A model generated the notes under the pieces. It saw nothing but the letters and a program-made list of their open reading frames with translations, did not search any database and was not told the origin of the DNA. Made by a program: the position numbers and the translations under genes. From Tubulanus polymorphus (taxonomy: Eukaryota > Animalia > Nemertea): a DNA stretch of 64,000 nt. Below are positions 33,546 through 46,290 of the stretch, in pieces; the stretch's first letter is position 1, and every line of letters starts with the position of its first letter. The stretch spans positions 10,085,859-10,149,858 of the forward strand of contig NC_134036.1 in assembly GCF_964204645.1 (NCBI RefSeq). Direction: 5' to 3'.

Positions 33546-36500
33546 TAGAGACGACTGAATATAAAAAAATTCACAAATCAGATTTACACAATACATTATA
33601 CAAGTTGTTCAGTCATTTCTTCCAATACATCATTTGATTTCTATAAATACAATTTATAATTACAAACATTTTTTCAATTGCTGGTAAATATTTAACTATA
33701 TCAACAAATGTTAAACTTAATCATTGGAGTCTTAATGTTTTTGAAATTCTTATATTTCTTCTTCGATCTTTTGGTGATTCTATTGGTTTGATATCCATTG
33801 CTGTTGATTCCTCAGTCAGAAAGAGTATCTTGAGTTTCTCTATCACTTCTTGATTCGTATGGCGTTTTATTAATCTAAAAGATATTAGCGGCAACTCTAG
33901 CTATCTAAAAGATATACTAAATACACTTATATATATAAAGGTTTCATATTTAATAGCCTTAATAACTACAACAAACAGTACTTACATTTAGATTTATAAT
34001 TGTAAACTATAAACTCCTAATTTCGTTTCGAAAGATAGAATATCCTGAGCACAATATTACGGCGTATATTCATTTCCGGGGCGATTTCTAGAATGACACG
34101 TCGTTGATTATGCCACGTCATCTGGTTCCGGCGCGCCTTTTCTAAAATATATATGTGCGGACCCTTACCACATATGGCTGGAATTCTTGGATTTTCGCGT
34201 ATTTATTTGCACAGGTTTTCCTACGTAGACACATACGTCACATCAAGACGTGTTCTTCACATTAAAGACGTGTTTATTCCTGCAAACGGTTTAAAATGCC
34301 GTCTGATTTTATCAAAAAGAAACGGTTCGTTTAACCCAAGTATTTTACTATTATTTTCACTTTTCCCATTTCCAGTCTACGAAAATGGTTGATCGCGCGG
34401 TAAGGCTACGGGGAATCCTAGGTTTTCACGTTTGGTGATGTGGCAAAACCTATGACAGATGCATAATTTCCCTAACAAAGATACATCTTGTTCTGGACGT
34501 TCCTTTTGGACGGCGATACTAAAAGAGGAATTCGTTGTTTTGCATGGACTTGTAATAAACATTGTAATTGCACCGTATCATCAGTTGCGCGACAAAATCA
34601 AACTTAAGGACAGGTCGTTTGGTAATAATTTGTCTTTATTTCATAATTGTAAACACATTTTCGTGCTCTTTACTTCGTATTTTTAAATGCATTTTTGTAT
34701 GTTAATTGACCATATGCATGTTTTCAGATATTCGAGAGCAACGACATTATTTAAACACATCTATCATATCAATCTTTATCTATCATCAATTCAGAAAACT
34801 TGTCTTAAGCACGTGTTCTAATTGCGAATGCCCAGATTTCACAAACTGTTTTTTAGTGTCTTCGTGATCTGAAAAATGTAGATGCTCGTTTAAAACGTAG
34901 TGGTTGGGAGGCTTGTACAAGAATAAACGAGATTTGAATCAATGATTGAAAAATACATACACCCACTTAACACAAATTTTAAAGATTTAGTATTCAATCA
35001 GACCAATCAAAAACAATTGTTGTTTACTGGTAATTGAGTTTCTGATTCATATCCAAAACATGCTATAAAATCTAGCGTATTAATCTGCTACCATTAATAA
35101 CCCTCAGCAAACGACGCGATACCGACCACAATCAGACCTTTAGCAAATACGAAAATAAGTGAATATTTTCTTGTAACATTTTATCAATTTGAAGTCAATT
35201 TAATGGCATAGACAGTACTTTTTGTAGTCACGTAACTTAATAGCCGTTAGTGTTAGGGGGTCAAATTGCTTGTGATTGGCATCAGATAAACAGGAAAAAT
35301 CGTCGGTCTCTCTTTCCTGTGTCTGCTGGGAATTATTAGAAACGGTAAATAGTTCATTGTTTTGTGAACACGAAGGTCGTTTAATTGATATAAGTTGACA
35401 GATTCCGTTATTTGTCGAGAATCTTTTGAATGAAATAAAGTCTGCGCCATACTTACAAAATGAATTTAAGGCTATGAAATTCATAAAAATTGAATTTTGA
35501 AATCATCTAAAAACACGATACGATCATCGCGGCCACTTTGTTATCACACTACGTTATCTACTTACGGTTCTGCCTTCTAGTTAAAGTTCGGTTGCGGCAT
35601 TTAGTATTAGAACCTTTAGGCTGAAAATTCGCTCATGAATTTTATGCTTCATACGTTAAATATAGTATTTGATTTTCTATTCAATGCTCTTAACACAACA
35701 GGTGCTAATTTCAGTACTCAAAACCTGAGTGGAAGCGGGTGAAATATGAAACTTTTTCGTCTGGAATATTTAGGGTTTTCTGACTTTCGTCGAAAACACT
35801 CTTGAAATTCTGTTGATTATTATTATTATTATATATTTTCCGCCGATTTCGTCAAATAAAATTCATCTGCATTCAGATTCGGCAACTGACAGCTTCGAAA
35901 CGAAATGTATAAATTGATACTGTAATAACGGTCTCTCTGAACCAACAGATTGTCTGAATGTACTTTCCATCCTATTTGAAACTTAAAATTACTTATTAGG
36001 TTACTGTAAATAAAGAATTGAATTGAATTGTTAGACAACAAGCACCGGCGAAATAGCAGCTAGTTTTCTAATTTTTCCTTTCGATCACATGCATCCAGAA
36101 AACCCGTTATCGCTGCTTTGCAGCTATATTTTTTCCTAAAATTCAGGATTCGATATTATTAAACTAATTAACGTTTTCAAACTTGTCATGTCAAATAGAC
36201 CTAATATGTATGAGACTGGATGCAAAGTCAAATTAGTCCCTAATGACCGTGATTATAGGCGGATGAAACTGACTAAACGGTGGAACTGGATAACAAGTCA
36301 AAGCAAACAAGACTGTAAAACTTGATTCAGGGACACGTGGAACAAAATTACTGTAAAACTGGGTCCTTTATAGAAACCATATATTTGTTGAACTGGGTGC
36401 AGCTTCAAACCCTCAAGATTGTGAAATTGGATTTATTGACTGATAAAATCGAGTCAATTTTAATCTATGTTACTTTAGAGTTACGATTGACGACTGCATT

Positions 36501-37684
36501 AACTCTTTTGGCTGAAGAATATTGGGTCTTACAATTGATTCAATGTGAATGATTGTGTGTTCAAAGAAAAAAAAAAGAAATATAGGCTGAATTGATATAT
36601 ACTAATATAGGCTGAATTGGTAATGCTAAAAGTAAAATAGTCTTAAGATTGAAATATATTATCACTGAGTTGGTTCAGACATTTCCAAGTAGGTTGCCTT
36701 GAGAACACACATCTTTAGTATGAATGAAATTTTTTTGTATTTCTTTTTGGCGGGAGGTGGGTTACGGGGCCTTCCGCTGAGGATGCATAACTCAAGATGT
36801 GCCTTACATTCACTCGCACATATGGCTTATTAATTGCTAAAGGTTAATCTTTCGGGCTGAGTACGCATGGCAAATGAAATGCAAATGAATACCAACATAC
36901 GCGTGGCTCTAACATTAGATATAAAAACGGGTGACGTGTTATTGTACAGGAATTCAACGGGCTGTTACAGAAAAATACTTGGCACACATTTTAGAAAAAG
37001 TTTTCTAAAAAAATCTCCAAACACAATTCACATGTCAGAATATTGGAATATTGTTGCGAAGCGGCAATTAGTTTCTACAAATATCGGTTTTTGGTCATAT
37101 TCCATTAAGAATATGACCAATATGGAATATGACCAATTGATTACTGATTATCATTTCATTATCCCTACTGTTAAAAGGGTAACGAAAATAGCAAATGACA
37201 CTTCAAACAGCCTATTGTAGGTTTCAGTTAGCAAAATGTTCATTAATTATAGCACGTCATTAGAGTCACAAGTCGTTCTTTTAGAACCTTTGTTATTGTC
37301 GTCCACTCCATGAAGAATTTCGCCAAATTAAAACAATCCAACATTTTTCAACTGGATTTCATCCGCTTTTTTGCTTGGGCGAAATTCGTTGCATTATACG
37401 CATCATGTGGGGCTATGGAGAAGGGTCGATTCATTGGGGATATATTTCCGAACTCCTTTTGTGCTCATTGAAAGCATAAACAGTAAAACAACCCGATCGT
37501 CGATTTTTCTACTCGCAGTTTTATTGAATATAATCATTAACACGAGATTTCACGATATAGTGACAAATAGAAATCGTATTCGAGCTATTTCATAGTCAGT
37601 TACCTGACAGCGGTTCAGTTTCGTAATCGAATATTTCCCAAATCACCACAAGTATATCCGAATATAAAGCCTTATTACCGACGT

Positions 37685-37989
37685 TTAGCAACAAGATAAG
37701 CCTTTACAGTTGCCACTGCAACACTCACCATCATGGCCACACATTCCGGCTTTTAATTGGCAACCTATATTTCAAAAACATTATGCAATCAAAAAAGGAG
37801 TTTTGAAGTAAATTGATATCTTATTCAAATTGTTGAAAAATCTAACCCCTACGCAATATTATCTTTAAAGGACCATTCATCAAATTGTGTAATTAATTTT
37901 TCCAGTCGTCACTCACCTTCTGCAAATGACGCGACACTGACCACTATCACAACAGCAGCACATACGCGACTTATTAGATAAGCGAGCAT
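37685..37989 (-). CDS. Secreted knottin (ICK)-like peptide, 2 coding exons (37989-37917, 37764-37685), 50 aa
   Basis: MLAYLISRVCAAVVIVVSVASFAE|GCQLKAGMCGHDGECCSGNCKGLSCC; GTGAGT...TAG phase-1 intron; paralog of 43784-44281. Confidence 0.85.
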
Positions 37990-39317
37990 TTTCAAATTTG
38001 CCTAGAATTTGAATTGATTATATGAGCAAATTGGCATTTTAGGAAATCCCATAGTCTGGTCATTCAATAGCTTTCAATTGGCTCTCAGCGATTAACCATT
38101 TCTCAGAATCGTTCTTGCAACCCGAATGAAGTTCGATGAAGCCCAAAACTACGTTGCATATCCAAATGAAAGGTCCAGACCGTATAGCATCGATTAAACC
38201 GTAGATGACTGCAACTCCCTCCCCCTCCCCCAAAAGATTTAGATTTTCTTCATCATTTTTCTTGTCAAAGTTTTACACACAAATAATCATTGATCACAGT
38301 CATCAAAATGAAAAAGTGTAATGCAGGTTTCGATAAAGCAAAGCGTATTGAGCTGTATAGATTTGAATTGTCGGGTAACGATATTTCCATTTCATCCCGC
38401 TTATCGTTTAGGCTACAAAGACAGGCGTTATTGGCAAAGTTAGCGCTACCACTACTTTAGACCTTGCAGTAATCATTGTCAAATGATTACTCCAAGTTTA
38501 GACGCGCGTTCGCTGAAAACTCATGTTTTCTCAGTTTCAATAAAAGTGCTTATTCGACGGTTCACCAGAAAGCCATGATGAAATCATGTTCGATTGTTTA
38601 TCCATACACAGGCTCTTTCTAATAACTTGGAAAACGGTTTTTTTCAAGAAAGAAAATGGCAGGGCAAAGGAAATAAAATTAAAAAGAATTTATTACAGGC
38701 GTTTCACAATGGATGGGAATAAGAAAAACAATTATAATGTTTTTATTTGGCAGAAAACTACAGAAAACGATAAAGTGGGTGAAAATAATGAAAATAATGA
38801 TCGATTTGATGGGAGAAATGAAGATGAAAACTTTTTGCAAATTTCGAGTTTGAAAAAAGAATTCTGGAAGGCGTGTTCCAAGTATTCAAAAAGGTGCCAA
38901 AATAAACGTTTAATTGCGAATAATATAGATTTGGCTATCTCATCACTTACCTTGGTCGCTTCTTCCGAAGTATTCAACTTTCGAAATGAAAATGTCTCGT
39001 TTTCTCGAGTCAGACCTTGTCGATGAATGAATAAAACGTATTGCTTGCGATAATATATACGTTTGAGATAGAAATTGAAATTATAGCAATGATTGCACAG
39101 CATGATGTTGATTGGAACTGATATCGAGGTCTTTTTCAATTTCTATCAATACGCACCTGGCACTTGAATCGATCTACGCGCATCGCCACTTTACTTAGGC
39201 AAAGTATAAACTTGTTCAGTGTCACAGGCAATTATTATATTCAAATTTCATAAATTATTGGAAATTTACTTTTAAATGCCATTTCAATATTTTCCCTGAT
39301 GTATTGGTACGTAAACG

Positions 39318-39783
39318 CCTAGCCTACATCGATACTGTGTTGGAGACATCTAGTTTCAAGGCAGTTTTCGGCACATGAGAGCAACTGGCTTGATACATTC
39401 AGTTGCTCGAACGTTTCGATGTGAGCTAGCTTATGACTGGTTACCATACATCTATCTCCAGTTCCACACAGTTGCCCATGATCTACTTTTAAGCAACTAG
39501 TTGTACTCAGTTGCTGTCATATATGTCGATGTGAGCGCTCCACAATCAACAACACATGGTTGTAACTGACAAAAAACAAAGCAATTTGTCACGTGACTTG
39601 TGATGCCCTCAAATAAATTTGCTAAAACACATTTCAGTTGCAGTTGCTGATGTACGCGCTAAGGACCTAGCGACCGACATGAGCCACGCAGTTGCTGGCT
39701 TTCATGAGCTTTTCGATGTGCGCGGGGTACTCGCTCACTAGCAACTAGTTGTCTCCATTTGCTTTGTCGATGTATGCTAAGCT
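39318..39783. mobile_element. MITE-like non-autonomous DNA transposon (degenerate)
   Basis: Imperfect TIRs GCCTAGCCTACATCGA / TCGATGTATGCTAAGC, subterminal GGAGACA.CTAGTT, and internal GCAAC/TCGATGTG repeats. Confidence 0.5.
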
Positions 39784-39801
39784 TAACGCGTCATTCTGAA
39801 T

Positions 39802-39907
39802 CCAGTTCCACAGTTGTGAGTTAGAGTTAAGTTAGCTCCGAGTTAAAATCAATTCATTTTCAATGTTAACTCTGAGTCAAATCTTAACGCAGAACTGTGG
39901 AACTGGG
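39802..39907. mobile_element. Short palindromic MITE-like element
   Basis: CCAGTTCCACAGTT...AACTGTGGAACTGG arms; related CCAGTTCCAC units recur at ~41780-42010. Confidence 0.55.
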
Positions 39908-42900
39908 TCCTGGCTAGTAACGTACCGGGCTTACATCTGCGATCATAAGTGACCACATATTCACTGTCAGCTGGTCATCAAATAACGGTGACTATAACTT
40001 CGCCCAGAAACAATGGTCCATCAAATCTTACAGAAATTATTCCGTCAGATTGTCCAACAATAGAATTTCATTTGATAGAATGTATGAAAACGAAACCACA
40101 AAGTTTCGGCTGTTGACTAACAGCCATTATCAGTTGGAGACGGAAGTAATGAAGCATAAAACCTCGTTGAATGTTTGAATTTTTTTGGGCAAATATAGAC
40201 TAATATGAAATCGACGAAATGGCATATGCTGTACATTTTAAAGCAACCTGCCTTTCTTTTGTTGAGTAATTCTCTGGCCCGGAGAGTGGGGGTGGACACG
40301 TTGCTTGCGTTTGGCATTACGTGAACACAGAAACACGTTTCAACATTAGTTTATTGGGGCCCGAAACTTAAGGGGCAGACAGTGAAATCAAAGTTAAACA
40401 ACGCGCTGATATTCGTAACCGTTTTTACATTAAAAACAACGTATATCATAGTCACAAAATTCAAACTAAAAGTAAAATAGATATCACAAAGAAACGATAG
40501 ATTATCAAATGAGGGATATGATTGACTAGAAGGGTAAAACTTTTACAACTTATACCCCGCCCTTGTTTTCACCATAACCCAAATACCACCCTAGCGAAAT
40601 TAACAAAACAATGACAATTAATCTATTTTACTTATACATTTTGTATACTGGCATTTCTTATAATAACGTTTGATAATGAAAAATATAGATTTGAATATTA
40701 CATCACTGCGCTTACCTTGGTCGCTCGTTTTAACGTATTCGGCTCTCGAAAAAAAAATTCGTTATCTCGAGTCAGAACCTGTCGATGAATGAATAATAAA
40801 TATTGCGTGCGTTTATACAATACCACTGAAATTATACCAATGATTGCACAGCTTGATATTGATTGAAATTTGCGTCGATGTTGAATCGATCCGCGCGCAT
40901 CCTAGAGCTTTAAGTATATATAACTTTTCGATCTCACAGGAATTTATCATATTTGATTAGCTGTCGTTTTTCAAAATTTCTGAATATTAATTTGTCATAT
41001 GCTACTTCAATATTTTCGCTGATGTACTGTGTGTGTATAGAACGTATTATTCTGTCCGGCCTTATATCTGCGATTGTAAGTGACCATGGAATCCGATGGT
41101 TGTGTGGATTGTAAATTTCCAGTGCGTGTTTTTGTCGACCACTGGGAACGACATGCACAGTTGTCACACCTTGTTTTAGCCGCCATCTGGTGATCATTAA
41201 CAGTGCTTTTAATTATGCCAAAAATTAGTGGACTGTCAAATTTTTTATTTTTTCATTTGTCTTACTAATTTGCAAATAATCTTTTTTTTCTTAAACACGA
41301 TAATCTTCAATTTCTACGTCAATTCGTTACCGATCTCCTTGAGCAATGAACCAAAATGAAACTGAAACATATCCAAGCGACGGATGAGGTCAATTAGGTG
41401 AAGGTAAAACTATAGTAAGATAGTTATACGTTATAATGAGAATCATGATTTCTAAAATCGTAGTCGTATAATCAAAGGTAACCTCTTGGATGAGCGATGA
41501 AGTTCAGGGAAAGACTAGTGGGACTGCGGTTTCTATAAATAAATGAAGGCGACGAAAATAGAAAACTGCTCATGAACCAAGTTCCACTTAATACTTGAGC
41601 AATTACTCATTGGTTCGAAGAATACGCAAGTGGAAAAAAAATCATTTACCTCGTATGATGGAGTACGTATTTATCGATCTGCATATCATAGTCTATTAAT
41701 CAAGGGGTTTTGCAGATGAGGTTCCTACAATTACTTAAACAATTGACCATGAACCAAATCCTTTATTTGATTCAATCTCCAGTTCCAGGGTTATGTGGGT
41801 GTTAAATTTCTCTGAATCCAGTATCCACAGTTATGTAGGTTTCATTATTATTTGTTGAACCATTTTTGTTTTGATTTGTTCATTCTATTTGTCGCTGATT
41901 CCACTTCCATAGTGTGGGTTTGATTTGACTGTAGAACCAGTTCCACGGTTTGGATGGTCTAATATGTCCATTAATCCAGTTCCACAGTTGTGTGTGATAA
42001 GATTTGATTGAGTTCAACAGTTTTGATAATTTTTGTCTTAGTGAAAACATGAAAACTGGATTCGGAATCCAATAATTTGATATGGCTGAATACTTCTCTT
42101 AGTTAACTATATAATTTTGGGTCCGGAATTTTCAGTAGAATATAACGGACGAAATAGTTTCATATTTCACGCGTTTCCACTCGGGATTCAAGTACTGAAA
42201 TTACCGCCTGACTACTTTAGAGAATTGATTAGAAAAGTAAATAGTGTATACGTGAGCGAATTTTCTATATAAGCGTTTCTACATTGAATGCAGCAACCGA
42301 ACTCTAACACGAAGGCAAAACTGTAAGTAGATAACATGCGCACCGTGATGGCAACTGGGTGATATAATTGTTCGTCGACGTGGCATATCGTTTAGGAATA
42401 TGTAGTAAGTAATATGTATCAGTATGCCTGGATTTTATTACATAGAAATGTTTATTTTTGGCTGAATTTATTTTATTTCTCTCGTAATTCATCATACACG
42501 GATACTGTGTTTCTTCTCGACGTAATCACATTTTCTCGCTATGGTTTGCAACTAGGCACAGGTAATGTGAAATGAAGAGAACAAAAAACTATAGAATATT
42601 GTTACGTACATCGATTGAAGAAATTATGACGAGTAGGAGAAAAAAAAACGTTTTTATTTCTTTCTAAACTGGGTGGTCACTGTGCTAACCTTTGGTCACT
42701 GGTGTGACGAAAGGGCTGAGAAGTGGCCTCTGTCCTGGAAAGTTTTTAGCGGCATGACTAGCTGTTCAGTGGTCGGAAAGTTACTAATGACCATTGCTAA
42801 GGCAGTGTGCCCAAATGAATCTCCAACGATCACAACCCGTTTTCGGTCAACTGCATATGGAAACGTTACTGCTACAATGTTGTAACGCGCTATTCTCCAT

Positions 42901-43783
42901 TATGAAATTTGCCGTGTTTTGCACCTAAATCTACTTCACTACTTTTATTTATTGTTAAATCCTCGCAAAAATATAATTAATGTTCCCCAGGTTGTCTGCT
43001 TTCGTTGGATACTTAACTTCAATTGATAATGAAAATAATGGCGCTGCTTTCTGCTTATAAACTCAGAGCCATTTTACTATGTATCGGAGGCAAAAGTGCA
43101 TTTGGGGAGCTGGTTTTTACAAGCTTGACAGCTTATATAAGGATGATTAGGATAGAACACCAATGAAAACAGTTTTTAACGGAAAAGACAAGTGGCTTTT
43201 ATATGATATAAGTTTGGTGGCTGTATCTTAAATAGCCAGTTTGTGCCAATTCTTAAAGGAGTTTTATCACTACGGCTGCACTCAGTTACTGTTACTGCTG
43301 CGCACAACGCGACTGAAAGGTATGTCTGTTGTGTGGTGAACCATGCTTCCATTGATAGCAGAAACGTTTCTATATGAGTTGTCAAACGTCGAATACCGGT
43401 ACCACTGGACATGTAATGGTTTAACTGACCACAGTTCACGCATGACCACTGACAGACCAATAGTCAATATTATCCCTGTCACATTATTAGGCCCCGGCCT
43501 AGTGTACCAACAAACGTGTTCTAGTGAACCTCCGGACTAGTGGTCCATCGGACAAGTGGACCCGTAGACTAGTGGTACGCTTCCGACTTTGTATATCACA
43601 TATAAAGCCCAGCACGCGCGAGATCTAAAGGCACTGTTTTTTTCTCAAGCCTCATCATTCTAAACTAGTAAATTTTCTGAAAACAGGTTTATTTTATGAT
43701 AGCCTTTTGAAAACTGTTGAATAACCAGAATTTGGGATTGCCCACAATGCTAATATATTTAATTGATATTCTAGGCATCGAAA

Positions 43784-44281
43784 ATGCTTGCTTATTTAAT
43801 GACTCGTGTATCTGCTATCGTTGTGATAGTGATCAGCGCCGCGTCATTTGCAGAAAGTGAGTAACGAACGACCTGGAACATAATACCTAATTTCATATGA
43901 TTCAATGAATTGAAATTACACTTATCAATAAACATTCAGCAGCTGTTTATAGATTTAACGAAGTAATTTGACGAATTACATTTCGAAGATAATATTACAT
44001 ATCAATAATTATATGCTGACAAAAATTTACTTCATTGACGTGTAATATGTTTCATACGTAAATGTATTTCCTAAACTCATGTATTGATTTGTTTGTCATA
44101 CATCCGGGAGTGGGGGTTCAATTATACCTACAATGTAAATGAAAAATTGCCTTACCTCGAAATTCCGTGTTTGATTGCATACTCTTTTTTACGAAATATA
44201 GGTTGCAAGATACGAGGCGTAGTTTGTACGGGTGATACTGATTGTTGCACTGGCAATTGTACCATCGGAACGTGTTCGTAA
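43784..44281 (+). CDS. Secreted knottin (ICK)-like peptide, 2 coding exons (43784-43856, 44202-44281), 50 aa
   Basis: MLAYLMTRVSAIVVIVISAASFAE|SCKIRGVVCTGDTDCCTGNCTIGTCS; C-C-CC-C-C framework; TATA-like TATAAA at ~43601 and AATAAA at ~44462. Confidence 0.88.
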
Positions 44282-45320
44282 TCGTTGGCGATAAGAGTTT
44301 CTAATGGGATATAGTTGTGATGGTTTGGGAAATCCGATTATGAAACTGAACCACAGTCAGGTAACTGACTGACTAGATCGCGTACGCTAAAAAAACGAAA
44401 ATAATGTAAATTTTTAGACGTAAAATCGTGTGTTATATTAACATTCAATACATCTGTGAGCAAATAAACAAATGATTGTTTATCTTTCGAGGGTTAATGA
44501 GGATTGTAAAGTGATCCATAGGATGCACCGATCCATTAGCGACAAGGAACATCAATCGTCTTACGAATTTTCTCAAATCAATTTGTCATCCCTGATTTAC
44601 ACCATCTCTCGTTTTTTAACTGTTATTCACATATTTTAGTCATTTTCTTGAAAAAACCGATTGATTCATGTTCATGTGCGAGTATTCCTATTAAAGATGA
44701 CGAAAGAATCACACGATAAGCGTGGTTTAGAAAAAAAAACGATCACTTACTCTATCCATGTGGTGGATTCTAAATGAGATTCTAATTTGCCGTTCCCGGG
44801 TAAGAAACGTTTGACAATATCATAACTAAACTATGTGAATGTTATTCCAATCTTGTTTATCACGGTTTATGTCGAAACACTGTCCGCTTTGATTACAAAT
44901 ACAACTCTTGGCCCAACAACATTTGAAACCAGTTTTGTGTTTGAAACTTCAACCAGCGTTTTATGTGGTTGAAACTAAGTTAAATGAAAAACTCATAGGC
45001 CTAAACGAATCATTGTCATCGAATAGTTTTCTAATACGTATAAAACCGTAATTGAATTATAAAACTTGAACCATAATGTATATACCACCTCCCGATTAAC
45101 CACTACCCTCGCCTGACATGAGCAACATCAGCGCTAAATTTTAACTGTTAATAAATTCAAATTGTTTTTTATCCGCTATAAGGTTCCGATAAACAATCGG
45201 TCGTTAAGGGTCATTATTAGGCGGTCGCGACGCCTTAATACACAACAGTAAAAAGGTTTAAACTGCTATGCTTTTTCCTGTGACCATATTGATGCGGCGA
45301 AACCCACTGCGCGTGTGCAG

Positions 45321-46290
45321 CTTATTCCGAGCACTAAGGATAATCAGACAAAAACAAAAGGCAAGAACATCAACGGGATAATCAAGGAATGAGTGAGGGA
45401 GCGAGTGAGTGGAAGTGTCAAACGTAGGAAAACAAGCTAACGGGATTAGAATAATGGGGGTACAAGTGAAATTTAGAGATCAAAATATTGTAAGGAGAAA
45501 AACCGTTATTCAAATTAACACATTTATCCATATTTTCAATAATAAGGGCAGATTCCATAATGTGACGTTTGGTTTTATCGGGACAGGGAAAGATTATAGC
45601 GGCATTATCATAATCAAAATTGTGACTAGTTTCATAACGAGATTAGCTACTCCACTCTCGGGTTTGAAATTTTGACGTCATTTTTATGTTCTCTGAGGCG
45701 CTTGTTCAAATCACGTCCAGTTTCACTAATATATATTTTATTACATACTTTACAAAGTATTTTGTATACACCAATGTTCAAAATTTCCGTTTTGCAGTTA
45801 ATTTGAATAACGGATCTTCTCCTCACAATATTTTGATCTCTAAATGTTACGCTTCAATTGTACCCCAATTATTCTAGTCCCGTTAGCTTGTTTTCCTCCG
45901 TTTGAAACGTCCACTCACTCCCTCACTCATTCCTTGATTATCCCTCTGATGTTCTTGCCTTTTGTTTTTTGTCTGATTACTCCTTAGTTTGTCTGCCTTC
46001 GATCCCTCTGGTCTTTGTTTTTAGATTACTTTAATCTCGCACTACATCCCCTTAGTTTGTCGTTTGCCTTCTTTGTTTTTTTCCTTAGTGTTCCGGTTTT
46101 TGTTGTTTAATTACTTTAATCATGATCCTTTAATCTAAATCATTTGTCATATTCTTGTATAAATATCCTGTTATTTGATTTTGTTCTCAGTTCGCCCGGT
46201 GATGGCTAACCGAAACGTCGTTAGCCGAAACGTCGCTCCTCAAATACAATCATTCTGATATAGAATTTTTCAATCTTGGCTTCGTTATTG
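45321..46290 (-). mobile_element. Second Penelope-like remnant (degenerate GIY-YIG plus inverted pseudo-LTR)
   Basis: Minus strand encodes GVYKILCKVCNKIYISETGRDLNKRLREHK. ~45330-45520 is inverted relative to ~45797-45990. A degenerate hammerhead-like motif (TGA-TGGCTAAC...GTTAGCC-GAAACGTC) lies at ~46195-46235. Confidence 0.75.

Larger units (their letters stand above)
18754..33970. mobile_element. Polinton-like element B (AT-rich family, degraded, internally inverted; right end uncertain)
   Basis: Gene-for-gene homology with element C: pPolB, penton, MCP, ATPase and integrase. The 5' part of pPolB is displaced by PLE-1. The boundary with host-like sequence is near 33.9-34.0 kb. Confidence 0.88.

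Noticed and set aside
33890-34000. Defined right TIR/terminus for element B
   Set aside because: No match to element C's left-end sequence and no clear ACTACT/ATTACT end or TSD can be established; the boundary is only approximate.
34153-37595. Short ORFs in the host interval
   Set aside because: No recognisable domains or supporting splice structure; lengths are consistent with chance.
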